Positions 38,301-50,587 of a stretch of 64,000 nt of DNA are shown here, piece after piece; the first letter of the stretch is position 1, and each line of letters opens with the position of its first letter. The stretch is from Lama guanicoe (lineage: Eukaryota): the NCBI GenBank assembly GCA_013239625.1, contig MU053561.1, forward strand, positions 932,826-996,825, given 5' to 3'. The position numbers and the translations under genes were made by a program. Under the pieces are notes generated by a model. That model searched no databases and was not told the origin of the DNA. It worked only from the letters and a program-made list of their open reading frames with translations.

Positions 38301-39050
38301 AACCTGTCCCCATTGGTCTTTTCCGCCATGAGGATTTACTGAAATAAAACCGACATGCAACCTTTCCCGGCATCTTGCCTAATAACTTCAAATTGGATTA
38401 AGATTTGGGAAAATATTAAACTACCGAAAGCGTCAGTCAAACGTCGCGGGCTTCCCACCAACTCCTCCCACCCTCACACCCAGCTGGAGCGCCCCCCCTC
38501 CTCTGCCTAGGCAGGCCTGGCCAAACTCCCACCACTGTGGTCTCAGCTTGGAGTCGCTAATTCCCTAGGGTCCTCAGCCCCTCAGCCCTTTCTCCCCAGA
38601 GCTGAGCTCTGTCCACTCTAACTCGAATCTCTTCTCTTTCCGCCCCCTGCTATCCAGGGATTCTGTATTCAGTGCTTGAGGAGGAGGTGGGGGAGGAAGG
38701 TGTGTTCACCCATCCGTGTGCTTCAATCTGCAGGCTGGCAACTGAGTTCTCTGCGGGAGTCTGCTTTGTGCTGAGAATCCTTACCTGAGGGTTCAAGACC
38801 TAGGCCTCCAGGGCTCTGCTGTGCATGGTGTGCTTGTTGGAAAGACCCATTTTCCAGGCTCCCTCCCTAACTGTCTGACTCTCCCCATATCCTACCTTGG
38901 GAAGATGAGTCAGGGTGCCAGACTCTGACTTTATGCCCAGACCACTGTTGGACTGGGTTTTCAGGAGTTGAAGCAGTCCTAGTTTCTCCTTTTATTTATC
39001 TTTCCCTTTGTTTTCTTTTTCCTTTCTTTTCTTTATCTCTTTCCTCCTAC

Positions 39051-39145
39051 ATTAATTTTTTTATTAAAGTATAGTCAGTTTACAATGTTGTGTAAGTTTC
39101 TGGTGTGCAGCATAATGTTTCAGTCATGCATATACATACGTATAA
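39051..39145 (-). mobile_element. Short L1 3'-end fragment
   Basis: aagtatagtcagtttacaatgttgtgtaagtttctggtgtgcagcataatg matches the L1 at about 23025-23075. Confidence 0.8.
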
Positions 39146-41449
39146 CTCTTCCTTAAGTTTTGTCTTTCCCTTCCATCCTTCTTTTCCCTCTCATGTTTCT
39201 CTGGCTTTTACTTCTTCCAGCCTCTCACAGTCTTAAAAGCCCCAATCCATGTTTCTCAGGCTCTGAGGAGGCCACCAGCCAGCCTGCCTACCCCCACTGC
39301 TACACCCAGATACAGCCTACAGGGGGCTGGCCTGAGAATCTGCAAGCAAAACAGAAGCTGACCATCAGGAGGGCTCATGGGCCTCCTGGGTCCCAGATCA
39401 GGGACTTGATGTGTCCTTCCTGCACATACCTTTCCTTTCACTTGCTGGACCAACACTCTCGCTCACCTTTCTCCCACAGTTTTCCCCACATGTGAGCTTG
39501 GCTTCCAGTTATAATGTAAAAATTCAGGAAAAATAGATGGAAAGATGGCTAGTTTTCCCAGGCAGGAAGGAGAGCAGCCAGGCCAACTGGTTGGGTGGAA
39601 AAATGCTTCTGTGGCACCGAGGGAAACTCCCTGGTGGGTGGGATATGGGCAAAGGATACCAGTGTGGGCAGGAGGGAGGTTGAGGAGCAAGGGGGAGCTC
39701 AAGCCTTGGGTAACACCCAGACCAAGGAAACCCGCATAACACTCCATTGCCTGGACAGGAGTTTTAAAAGCGGTGTTTGCTTGGAGCAAGTTCGCCAGCA
39801 AGACTGGATTTGCCATCAGGGGGAGAGAAAAAATAGCCCAAGAAGAGAGGCTGCCAACATTCCACGGAGAAACTGAAATCGGGAAAAGGGGGAAAGGAGG
39901 AGGGAAGGTCTTCTTGCGTTTCACCCACTCCCCAGTTTTTGGATCCCTCAGGAAGTGGCCAGCTGGGGCCATCCTAGGGACTGTTCTCCTCCATAGCTCC
40001 CTGCACACCAGCAGCCCCAGTTCTCCTGGCCAGCCTTGGCCAGCCTTCGCTGGGGGTGGGACGGAAGACCCAGACCTGCATCTTGGGCAAGGGGAGGAGG
40101 CTGAAGCCACCAGGCGCCAAAAAACATTACCCAACTCAATTCATGCTGCCTCAGAGCCCCAAGGTCATGAGGGACTGCCGAGGTGAGCCCATTGAGAGGT
40201 GGGGACTTTGTTGGGGAGTCTTTGTCTCCTGCCCAGGCCAGCTTCCCGGGTAGCCCTCCTTGGGCACCGGGACCTCTGCTTTACTCCCCTTTCTCACCAA
40301 ATTAAGCCAAATGCTTTCTGTCCCAAGCCATGGTTTTTCCTTCAGAACTCCGGAGTCCTGCTTTGCACTCGGCCACAAATCTGATTTCCGAGTCCTTAAT
40401 TATTGTGAGGAATAATACTAATCAGTACTCAAGCCACAAGACCTGCTTCCTTATTTGCATTTTATCTGGGTCTGAATTGTAGAAATGATTACAACATACA
40501 GAGGACCTCGATGACCTTGAAGTTGAGTCCAGTGAATGTGTATATGGGAAAGGGGCAGAGGGAAACTCAGTTTGAAAACATTTGAGGGGCCACCACAGGA
40601 AGCAGTATTTCTCTAGTGACCATGAAGTTCTGGAGATGGCTCCCAGCCAGATTAACACACCCCATCTCCAAGAGGCTCCCAGGCTGAGGGCGGAGATGGT
40701 CTACATGGTACTGGCCTTGGTCCATGGTGGTGTGGACAGGTTCCACTGGCGAAGGACAGAGACAGGTGCTTTGAACTGAGTTGGGGGCTCCAAGGTTGCC
40801 TCCTAACTGCTCAGTTACCAGCCCAGACGTGTGTGGAGGATCACAGCATAGAGATTACTTGGGTGGAGGACCGGGGCACAGGCAGGAAGCCTTTAAGAAA
40901 TAGGTGCTTTGGGGGTTGAACCAATAAAGAATTGGAGTCACAAAAATCAAGGCTTCTGAAGCGAAGCAGCCCAGACCAATTTGGGAGGCGCCGCGAGAGC
41001 TGGCCCTGGGCTGGCAAGTTTGCCAGCAGAGGCCAACTTGAGGCAAGTACCTCAGAGTCCCTGGAGCTAACCGGAGCTTGGCGGCCTGATTTTAGTTGAC
41101 GGAGCCTCGCTAGGGGCGACAGTCTTCAGATTCCCTTCTCGGAAGCAACCAGTGTGGCTCGTGTCATGATATCTGTTCTGCTCAGCACCCAGGCACCCCT
41201 CACCTTGCAGAAAAACCCTTTTATCCCCTTGCTTGAAAGGATGCTAATGCTGTAGCTAGGAAGGCCTCCTAATTGTATTTTAAATGAGGGTATAGTTTTT
41301 AATTTTTTTTTGACCGGCAGAAGACAGTTCCATCAAGGTCTCTTTCTTGAATCCATCTCCTGACTCCTAAGTCACTTGCAGGTGGAGGGAACCTAGGTGT
41401 GCAATTTGCATGCATGTGCATTTGCATCTAGAGAGGCTTGGGGCCCAGG

Positions 41450-41630
41450 GATTAAGATTCTAGCTCTAGAGTGAGATTACCTGCACTCAAAGCTGTGAGA
41501 CCCCTGCCACGTTACATAACCCCTCCATACCTCAGTTTTCTCATCTGTAAAATGGAGCTGGTAGCACTATTCTTGGTTCATAGAATTGGAAATGGGTAGA
41601 ATGCGTTAGTGCTTGTAATGCACTTAATGC
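41450..41630 (+). mobile_element. MIR SINE
   Basis: cctcagttttctcatctgtaaaatgg core. Confidence 0.8.
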
Positions 41631-44149
41631 AGGGCCTAGTACAGAGGAAAAGGCTCAATAGATATCAGTTCTTCATAAGTGGTGCAGACCAGAAAGAGAG
41701 GAGATACAGAATGAGACACAAGAGAGAAAGGCTGTGGAGATAAACATTCCTTATCGTTCCTCTCTGCTTTTCCTGGAAGCAAGGGCCTCTGTATGATACT
41801 GCCTTCTGCTGGATTTTGAGCTGGGTCAAAAGTTCTCATTACCAGTGGAGGCAGCCAAGGAGAGCTATACTGGTGGCAAGTGTCCATGGTGCAGTTCCAG
41901 CCCACACTCCTGCCCCTGGCCCTTGCCCTTCAGAGACCACTAACCTCCTATGCCCCTGGGGCTGCAGACACCTTTGAGAATTAGGAGAATGAGCCTTCAT
42001 GCATTGTTCTGTCTTGGGAATGAATGCTTTCATTTACCTGAATTTGTTGACTGTCCTATGAGGTCCTTGAAAGTATGTGATGTTAAGTGAGTGTTTTTCC
42101 TAACTGGGGATAGGCAACTTTCCTCACCCCTGGAGTAAGTGGCTGTGTGCGAGTGCAATGCCTCTTGCATCTGTTTGAATGTGACCAGCAGTGGGACTGC
42201 CCTCCACCTCCACCTCTTCCCCAGCCTCAGGCCCTGGAAGTCTGGCAATGTCCAGTTCTCTGCAGACACCCATCGTGTGTCTTTGTTCTGAAAGACTGAG
42301 TTTTTTTTTAAGAAGAATATAATTTGTTTAGTTTTAAAACAATATATACAACTGGTTTTATATTATGTATATGTTATATATGGTTTTATATTACATGGTA
42401 TATAATACGAAGTATAAAATAGATACCATATAAGTAATATGGCATACATGTATATGAAATAGTTTTTAAAAATATATTAGAAACAATTTTGAGGGCTCAT
42501 TTGTCCAGACAACAGGGCTCCCTACAACTGGTAGTCTCCCTACTCCTGCTGGTTTTTGGTATCACCAGGGGCGAGAATCGCCCAAGAATTCCAGGATTCT
42601 TTTCTACCCTCTGACTGGTTTTGCTGAAGGAGGGTCAAAGAGGTGGCCTATAAATTATGGAACAAAACTAAGGGAAAGCCTCCCAAGACCCAGCTCACGC
42701 CTTTCACCAGCTCCTCCTTCCTTTTCCAGTCTGAGGTCAAAGCAAAGCATATGCCCGGCCCCCCCAGCTACCCTGACCTCCACACACTTGAGGATCTAAT
42801 TCCCCAGCCCCTCCTAATAGCTTCACGGTCAGAGCTATTTTCTATTCCCCCATATGATGGACAATTCATTCTCCACTTGTGGAGAGGGAGAGATTGATCC
42901 GTAAGGAGGCTGAAACACCTACTTGTTGGAGTTTGTGGGTGATGGCTCGCTCAGGGCCCAGCTGGCTCTCGTAGTTCCATCGAATAGTTCTGGGACATTT
43001 TGCTTCTGGGTGGCCAATTTTTATTAGTGAAACGTGAATTCCAAACACTTCTGGCAAAAAAAAAAGCCATCACAACAAGGCCCTAATACTTCAAATTATT
43101 TGCCTTTAGCTATTGTTCCTCCTGGACGGCCCCATTTCGGTTCTCTAGTGCTGTCTCCCCTGCCTCACTGCTGCCAGCCTCAGCAACATCCCCCCTCCCC
43201 CGCCGCCAAGAACCCCGGGTCACCTCTTTAGGTCCCTAGGTCTCTGTTGACAGTATTAGACTGTGGTGCCTGGTGTTTCTCCCCTCTGCACCCCCACAAG
43301 CTTTAGATAATCCTTCCTCTCAGTGGAAAAGCCAAAGAGAACTCTTAATTCTGTTTAGCGAAGCACCTGCAAACCCAGCAGGAAGAGGGAGATGGAGTCA
43401 CATTTAGGGGGCGGACCTGGAAGACCTGGGAGTCTGCAGGTCAGAAAGAACTAGGAAGTCTCTGGCTACCTGGGTCTGGCTTTCTGGCCCAAAGTTTGCT
43501 GGCTGGAAGGTGGAAGGGGCTGCACTCAGTTAAAAACAAGACAAAACCCTGTTGCTCCTGCTTGGCTCCACCTTTTCTCTGTGCCCAGTTTCCCAGTCCC
43601 TGCTGGGGCTCCTGGGCTTCGGAGAGTGGTCCGGTCTTATCCAGGCAATGTGTGGCCCTCTCAAGGGGTGGGGCTTCAAGACTGGGTACTCCTCATGTTT
43701 CCCTTCTTTTTTCACCTGAGCGACCTTGACCTTGACCTGTATTCTGTGCAGAAGAAAGAGAAGAGGTGGAGGAGGGGGACGCAGCCACATGGGTTAAGCT
43801 TCAGGAGGCCAGGGCAAGCCTGAGGGAGCGTTGGAGGGGGGAACTGCTGGGGGGAGAACTGCCAAAGGGCCAAAGGCTTGTGGCTTTCTGCAGCCTTTGG
43901 GGCCAGCTGAGTGTGTGGCTAGGATGTTTCCCTCCATGCCTGGGTGTGACGCATGTGTTGTTCCTACACGCATGTCTGATTCTAGAAAGGCATGTGGTTA
44001 CACGCGTGTAGCTGTACACTGTGTGCATGCATGTATATGTTGTCAGATAGGGATAACCGTGGCTTTGTGTAGTCACGCAAATTATGTAATACATGGACCT
44101 TGTACTTGCAAGCTTCGTATAAAAGTATATAGGAGTTACTGATGTACCC

Positions 44150-45200
44150 CATTTATTTCGGGGTGCACGGAGTTTCGCTGGCGGCCTCAAAATCCCCTTT
44201 GGTTGGGGTGGCGTAGGGTAGCCAAGTAACCCTGGGCTCTTGAGGGTGCGGAATGGTACCTTCCAGGCCCATCTCAGCAAGGCGAAGGAAAGGGGCCGGA
44301 AGGCCTGCCAGGAAGACCCCTCGCCCGCCTGGCCATAGCGCCCTGGTAGCCAGAGGCTGGCTCCTCCCTCGCGCTCAGGGGGCTCAGCGCAGGCTGGAGG
44401 TTTCGCTTCTTGCGAAGTCTGGCCGGGCAGGAGCTGGCGCCCGCACCCTGAAGGCGAAGCGCCGGCCTCGGCTCGCGCGGGACGCCCAGGGGAGAGAGGA
44501 GCCGGGCCTGGGGAACAGGACTTCCTCGCCTCCTGGGCGCGGCTGCTCCGGCCGGCGGCACAAGGCCCCCTTTGTGGCCGGGCCCAGCTCCTGCGCAGAC
44601 CCAAGTCTGCGAACAATAGCGCAATGTTGCCGCCCGCCGGGCCGGGCTCTCCCGGCTACACCGCGGCCGCCGAAGGCGAGGAAACCGGGTGGCGCATTTT
44701 TATAGTCACAAATATAAAATCGGGGCTTTCTCCCCTTACGCTCGCCCCCTACCCCAACGCCGATAGAACGCAGATAAATTTATGAAGGGCGAGCTAAGAG
44801 AATAATTACAGGGTGAAGGCCGTTAAATTTTATTTCCAGTCCCAAAGGCAAAACCTGCGATTTTATTGCAAACATCTGGAAGGGCCGAGAGGTGGGCACG
44901 CTGCTGGTTTGAAATCAAAACAAAAGATTTTATTTCGTGAAAACAAAAAAACATCATTAAAGACCCTTTCGCCCCACGGACTTTTATTTTTAAAAAGCGT
45001 GAGGGGGTGGCCGAGTAGTCAAAGACCCAGACCAAGCCGAGCCGAGCCACTGGAGATGCGGGCGACCCGAGTGGGCCTGCCCTTTCTCGCGGGGCTGGCA
45101 CAGGGCAGACCTGTCCAGAAACCAGTTCCCAACCCAGGCCCACGCGAAGGCTCCAGGCCAGTTATGCCACCCCGTAACTGGGCGCCAATTTGGGAAAAGA
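44150..45200. promoter_or_regulatory. CpG island with an adjoining AT-rich homeodomain-motif pocket
   Basis: Dense CpG at 44300-44700, then repeated TTTAT cores. Confidence 0.75.
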
Positions 45201-45319
45201 AGTGAAAAGTGGGTACGGTGGCCTCACATTCCAGGAAAATTCTATCACAGCAATAATAAAACCTTAGGTCTGTCCAGTCTCCCACCGATTCATTTGCCTG
45301 CTTTGCTTAGTTGTAAAGT

Positions 45320-45440
45320 ATTGAGGACCCCTTCACTCTGCCGACAGGGAAATTGAGGCACGGGTTGTTAATTGATTTGCCTGTGGTCTCACAGTTTAGA
45401 CTTGAGTGGGACCAGGTCGCTAGGCTCCACCTGCCTTGGA
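45320..45440 (-). mobile_element. MIR fragment
   Basis: gggaaattgaggcacggg...gatttgcctgtggtctcacag. Confidence 0.6.
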
Positions 45441-48400
45441 GTCCTGATGGTTTCCTCGCACCCCATCGTCGCCTCATAATGTTTCATACCTGCCTAGACA
45501 GGCCGAATTCATTGTAATTTTCTCACCTCTACAGGGTGTCCTGCCTACGTGTTTAAGGGCAGCCTAACATGTCCTGCTGGCCACCTATTTTTTAACTTGG
45601 TTTTCAGTGACTCACTCAGAACTGCAGAATCACAGCATCTGGGGGAGCACCTAGGTACTAAGGTATCAGTAGTGGTAGTATTTAGGGGTGTTTGGTATGG
45701 AGAAACAGAAGAAAAAGACAGGTATGTGGATGGAGGATGTAGGGGCTCTTGCTGCTATCCTGCAGAACTCCACTTTTCTTCTGAAAAATCAAAATATCTA
45801 GACACAGTCACTATGCTGCCCTTCTCTTGGCTTTCTTCTTGTCAAGGCTGGCCTGGACATCTGCTTCCCACAGGTGAGGTAGTCAGTGAGTTCCTCTTCC
45901 CTCTCCCCTATCCCTCTGAACTTGCAGGTGCTTAACAACCTTCTCATCCTTTTGGGAGCCCTATAGGGAGTGAGGTAGGGCTTCCAGCTTGGTCCTTGTC
46001 AATCAAGGCCTGAAATAGACCTGAACTAGACTCACCACCTGTGGGCCCAAGGTTGGAGCCTATTGTGGGAAAACCTGGGGGTTGCTTCAGGAATTAGCCT
46101 CATACACTGGGGACCCCACTCTCATTCCTAAAGGCTAAAGGAGAGAGAAACTGAGGTAATGAGAGGAAACTTTGAAAGCCCCTTGTTGTAATGAGATGAC
46201 TGAAAATGCATACCACACTCCCAGATAACTACATTTAATCCCCCTAACCCTCTTTTTCCTCTTCTCCTCAATTGCATAAAATTATACGCCTTAGTCATGG
46301 ACATTAACTCATCTTGTTTAATCTCTCTCCAGACTTTCTTCCCCATCAGCACAGGGTCACAGACACCGAGTGCATGCCCCTGGGAAAAACCTGAGATTGA
46401 CTCCTATAGTCACAGAAAGAAAATGTCCCTGCCCCTCCCATTTACCTAGAGGAAAAATCCTATTTTCATGGCTGTTCCAAACCAGCCTGGCTTATGACCA
46501 TCCGATTGGTTTTAATGGCCTAATTTACAATTGTAGATTATGTGTGTCTGTAAGGTGGAATTGGAGGCATCTGTGCAGCCTGAAGGACAGGGTGGAGGAG
46601 CCCCTCTGAGAACTCTGTGCAAAGCATGAGCTTTGGGGTGGGATGCAGATGCAGATGTCGAAACCATTGCTCATTTTTCTATGTCTGTCTCTTGGACACG
46701 TCTATGGACACATATCATACAAGCCTCCTAGACCTGCATCTAAGTTTTGGGTAACCAAAATGTCCTCTTCCTGAGAAACTTTCATGACCTCAGGGAGGAT
46801 TTGTGGCCTACAGTGCATCTACTTCTCAAATCGAATCAGGTCTGTGAGAGAAAGGAAGGCATGGGGCTACCAGAGGGAGATGGGGCGGTGGGGAGGAGGC
46901 AAATGCTGAAAAGGAATAGAGGGCGGCCCCATCGCGACCCCATCCGGCCTGGCCCTGGCACGCTCTGGCCACAGGCGGTGACGTCAGAAATGGGAGCTGA
47001 AAGAGAGGTCTGAACTGCACAGACGGTAACTGCGCACTCCTGACCTGCCTTGTCTCCACCTCCTTTGCTGAAGCGCAGTTGTGGTGAATGCGTGCATAGT
47101 CACTTTCAGCAAGGGTGCCTAAAAGCAATGTTGAGTGGTGACTGATGTGGGGAGACCCTGAGCCTTGCCACCCTGGCTTTTGCCTGGCATCGTGGTAGGA
47201 GACTCTGAAGGGCTCAGTGCCTGACTTCTAGATCCCAGGGTTCTTGGAGTGCTGCTCCTGGGTCTCCTAAGCCTGAGATTCACGTTCCTGGAATGCCGGG
47301 GAGGCCAAGCCTCTCTGAATCATACTCATCTGGTGTCTTTTCCGTTATTCTTTCTGCATTTTCTGCATCGATAGCATCCTCTGGTCCAGGCTGGAGCCCA
47401 ATGTGAGGAGGCTCCCAAAATGGCCATTTTTGCTCTCCTCCCAAAAGACACAAGGTACACTCAGGACACTCGATCGTTGCCTCCAGCACCGGAGCACATC
47501 CAACTATAATAACAAGGACTAGACTTCCCCAGCCCCTCGCAGTTGGGAGGGGAATGTGGCATTTCAGAGGTCCAGCAGGCCCTCGCTTCTTGCCCCAAGG
47601 TGGTAGGAACGATGGGCGCGCATTCTTAGGAGGCCTATGACACACCGTGGAGCCCTTCTGCCCTAGGCCTTCGGGTTCAGACGCTGCTCAGAGCCTGAGT
47701 GTTGGGGAGACTTGTCTGCTGGGGCCTCTCAGTCTGTCGTTCGCACCCGAGAGCTGGCTCTTTTCCGCCTCTTCTCACGGGGATAGAGGCATCTCGACCA
47801 GGGCGTTGGGAAGATTGAGCTGTGGCTCTGCCGTCGTCCGCGAAATTCGAGACCTTTTTCCAGCTTGGCAGGATCAACTTCTTGGCCCCTCTGAACTTGC
47901 TATGCGCTGGGCTGCGCTCGGGGTCTCCAGCGGGCCGAGATCAGGAGCGTAACCTGGAAGGGCGTGTGGGGGAATCGGAATGGCCAGAAGTGTTGGGTTT
48001 AAGTTCCTTAGGAATCCCTGACGACTGCACTGTCCTGAAAGATTTTTTTAAGGGTGGAGGAAGGATCAGCGGGGCGGGGAGAGCCAGGCTCCCGAGGTGA
48101 TCGGATTTGAAGGGAATTTTGAAAAAGCTCCTTTTCCGCTGTCAAAGTTCCTGGCTGCCCTCGCCCTGCCCGTCTCCGTGGGTTCTCCAGAGCAAGCGCC
48201 CCAAGCAGGCGAAGCTCGGCTTAGCATCCACGCCGAACGGAAGGAGAGCAAAAGAGAGCATTTGCTGCGTGCGGGCCCAGTCGGGATCCGCCTGCGGAGC
48301 GCGCGGTAAGCCTGGTGCCCCACCGATGGCCTCTCGCTTTGAGGTCACCTACGTCTCCTTCTCTACCAGGCAGAGCTAGAAGGAGAAAGCGATATTTTAT

Positions 48401-48839
48401 ATTTTCAATCACAAAACCCTGGATAGTAACGAGGCTTTTTTGTTTGTTTCTTTCGTTTTGCCTTAACCAGGGTTGCGTAGAAATCTTTAAGTAGGAAAAT
48501 AGTAACCTATGTATTGAAATCCAGGCGGCACCAACAGATCTAAAAGCATCCGGGGGCAAGCGCGAAATTATCAGAGTCGCTTCCTGGCATATTGGGACGG
48601 GTTGACATTCTGTCAAGAGTCCCCAAATTCCAGACCCGTAGTTAAAATGACTCTGAGCTTGCAGCGTCCGTGAGATCCAGGAGATTTGGGAGGAAACGGT
48701 ATGGATTTGGGACTTGCAGGAGTTTGTAACGGCACAGATCCGACCTCGACTTTCCACTCTCTTCCCCATCCCCCTCAAGGAACCGTGGAGGACCGGGAAG
48801 CCAGGGGTTAAAGTCGGCCCAGGAGCATCCCGGGGACGA

Positions 48840-48970
48840 CCGGCTAGGAGCCTTGGCCCGAGACTCAGTCTCTCCCCTCCTCTCATTGGCCCGCGCTCTT
48901 AGGGTTTCTCCTGTTCCCTCTTCGCCATTGGTCAGGGGCTGGCTTTTTTTCCCCCCTCAGTCTTTCTCTT
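48840..48970 (+). promoter_or_regulatory. Probable TBX15 core promoter
   Basis: Two reverse CCAAT boxes (ATTGG at 48885-48889 and 48927-48931), then an Inr-like TCAGTCT at 48957-48963, inside a CpG island about 520 nt upstream of the ATG. Confidence 0.5.
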
Positions 48971-49163
48971 CCTCCCCCCTCCCTCTCCCTCGCCCCTCGG
49001 ACCGGAGCGCACGGCCTGCCCCCAGCTCCTCGGGAAGGGAGGAATTTAGAAAAAAAGTTTCCCAGAAGTTTGGATCAGAGGAAGGACGGGAAGACCTAGA
49101 GAGGAAGAGGGAGAGAGGGAGGAGAGAAAGGGAGAGGGAGGAGAGAGAGAGAATTAAAAAAAG

Positions 49164-49190
49164 ATGAAGTCCAGTCTGCACAGCCTGTGA
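49164..49190 (+). other. uORF1 in the TBX15 5' leader (MKSSLHSL*)
   Basis: aagATGaag...TGA with A at -3; depends on the TSS lying upstream of 49164. Confidence 0.55.
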
Positions 49191-49230
49191 GCGCCTGCCC
49201 CGGTGGGTGGGAAGCAGGACTCGGGCGCTC

Positions 49231-49269
49231 ATGCAGCGAGCGGGTGGCGCTCGGGGCGCTCGTTCCTAG
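49231..49269 (+). other. uORF2 in the TBX15 5' leader (MQRAGGARGARS*)
   Basis: ctcATGc...TAG, weak Kozak context. Confidence 0.45.
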
Positions 49270-49479
49270 CGGTTGGGACAGCTAGGGGCGTCGGTCCGAG
49301 CAGAGGGCGGGGGAGGGCGCAGGGGGAGGGTGCCGAGGACCCGCGGAGCCAACGCCTCAGTCTCGGCCTCCTAGCCGCCGCCTCTCCCGGGCCCTGCCCG
49401 GCGGGCTCTCGGAGCGTGAGGGCTCGGGCTGCTCCCTCTGTCGCGGGGGCGAGCGGAGGCCGGGGTGCGGGCGGCTAAG

Positions 49480-49684
49480 ATGAGTGAAAGGAGAAGATCT
49501 GCAGTCGCCCTGAGCTCGCGAGCACATGCCTTCTCCGTTGAAGCCCTGATCGGCTCAAATAAAAAGCGGAAACTGCGAGACTGGGAGGAGAAGGGGCTGG
49601 ACCTGTCCATGGAGGCGCTGAGCCCCGCGGGCCCACTCGGAGACACGGAGGACGCGGCCGCACACGGCCTGGAGCCTCACCCGG
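49480..49684 (+). CDS. TBX15: TBX15 (T-box transcription factor 15) first coding exon, 205 nt
   Basis: aagATGa start. Translates MSERRRSAVALSSRAHAFSVEALIGSNKKRKLRDWEEKGLDLSMEALSPAGPLGDTEDAAAHGLEPHP, with the eh1 motif FSVEALI and basic NLS KKRKLR. Donor G|GTGAGT at 49685. WARS2-TBX15 synteny is known. The T-box exons lie beyond the window. Confidence 0.96.
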
Positions 49685-50546
49685 GTGAGTGCGTAGGGCC
49701 AGACCGCGCGAGACGGGCGGAGAGGTTCGCCGGGCGGCTAGCCGGCGCCGGCAGGGAGAGTGGCGAGGAGGGAGGCCCCAGCCGTGACGCTGTCTTGCTC
49801 CAACCGGGGTTTCTTTTTCTTCGCGCAAATGCCTTGAGCCTTCCGCACATTCGCCGGAACCAATTTGGGGGAATTGGCCCGAGCCTTGCATTTTCGTCGC
49901 CAACCTTAAGCAAGGAGGCCTACGTGCTCGCATCCCCTCCTCTTTCTGGGAGCAGAGCTCAGTGTTTACGGTGCCGCTGAGGGGGCTGCAGGCCCCTGGG
50001 GTTACGAGCGGCGCGGATCTAAGGCGACGCGGCGGGAGCGGAGAGGAGCTGGGAGAGAGGCTTCTGAGAGCCCCGAGGACTGGCTCGGAGTTCTCGGTCC
50101 GACACCCCTGGGGGAATTGCCCTATTTGTCACATTTAGCCTTCAATCTCGGTCCTGTCCCTTACTCCACGAACTTTTCTGGGACTCAAGATTGTTGTGCT
50201 TCTCCTACTCCCGGTGACGAGGGAGCATAATTATATTTATACTTCGTTGACGTTTGTGGAAAGAGAAATGGATGTTGGCCCCCGTTACCCTGCTTCCTGG
50301 GCCACTCTTTAGGGCCCACATCTCTGCGTATTTGGGGGAGAGGTGCAGGAACGTGCGTCTTGGATCTCTGCGCATTTCACGCACACAATGCATGAAACAC
50401 CGGGCGGATGTCGATGTCAGTATTTTAACAGAACTCTCGGACCAGGGGGGAAACAACTTAATGTTTTGTATTAAGTGCCAAGATTTCAACTGTGCAAAAC
50501 AGCCCAGGGGAACAGCTGTTGTCGGAAGAAATTTGCCCGCTCGCGC

Positions 50547-50587
50547 ACTACACACGCTACACACACACACACACACATACACACACT
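50547..50587. repeat. Imperfect (AC)n microsatellite
   Basis: Read directly. Confidence 0.85.

Noticed and set aside
49685..49980. Open-frame continuation of TBX15 exon 1 (GECVGPDR...)
   Set aside because: It follows a consensus GTGAGT donor; stops are rare in GC-rich intron sequence
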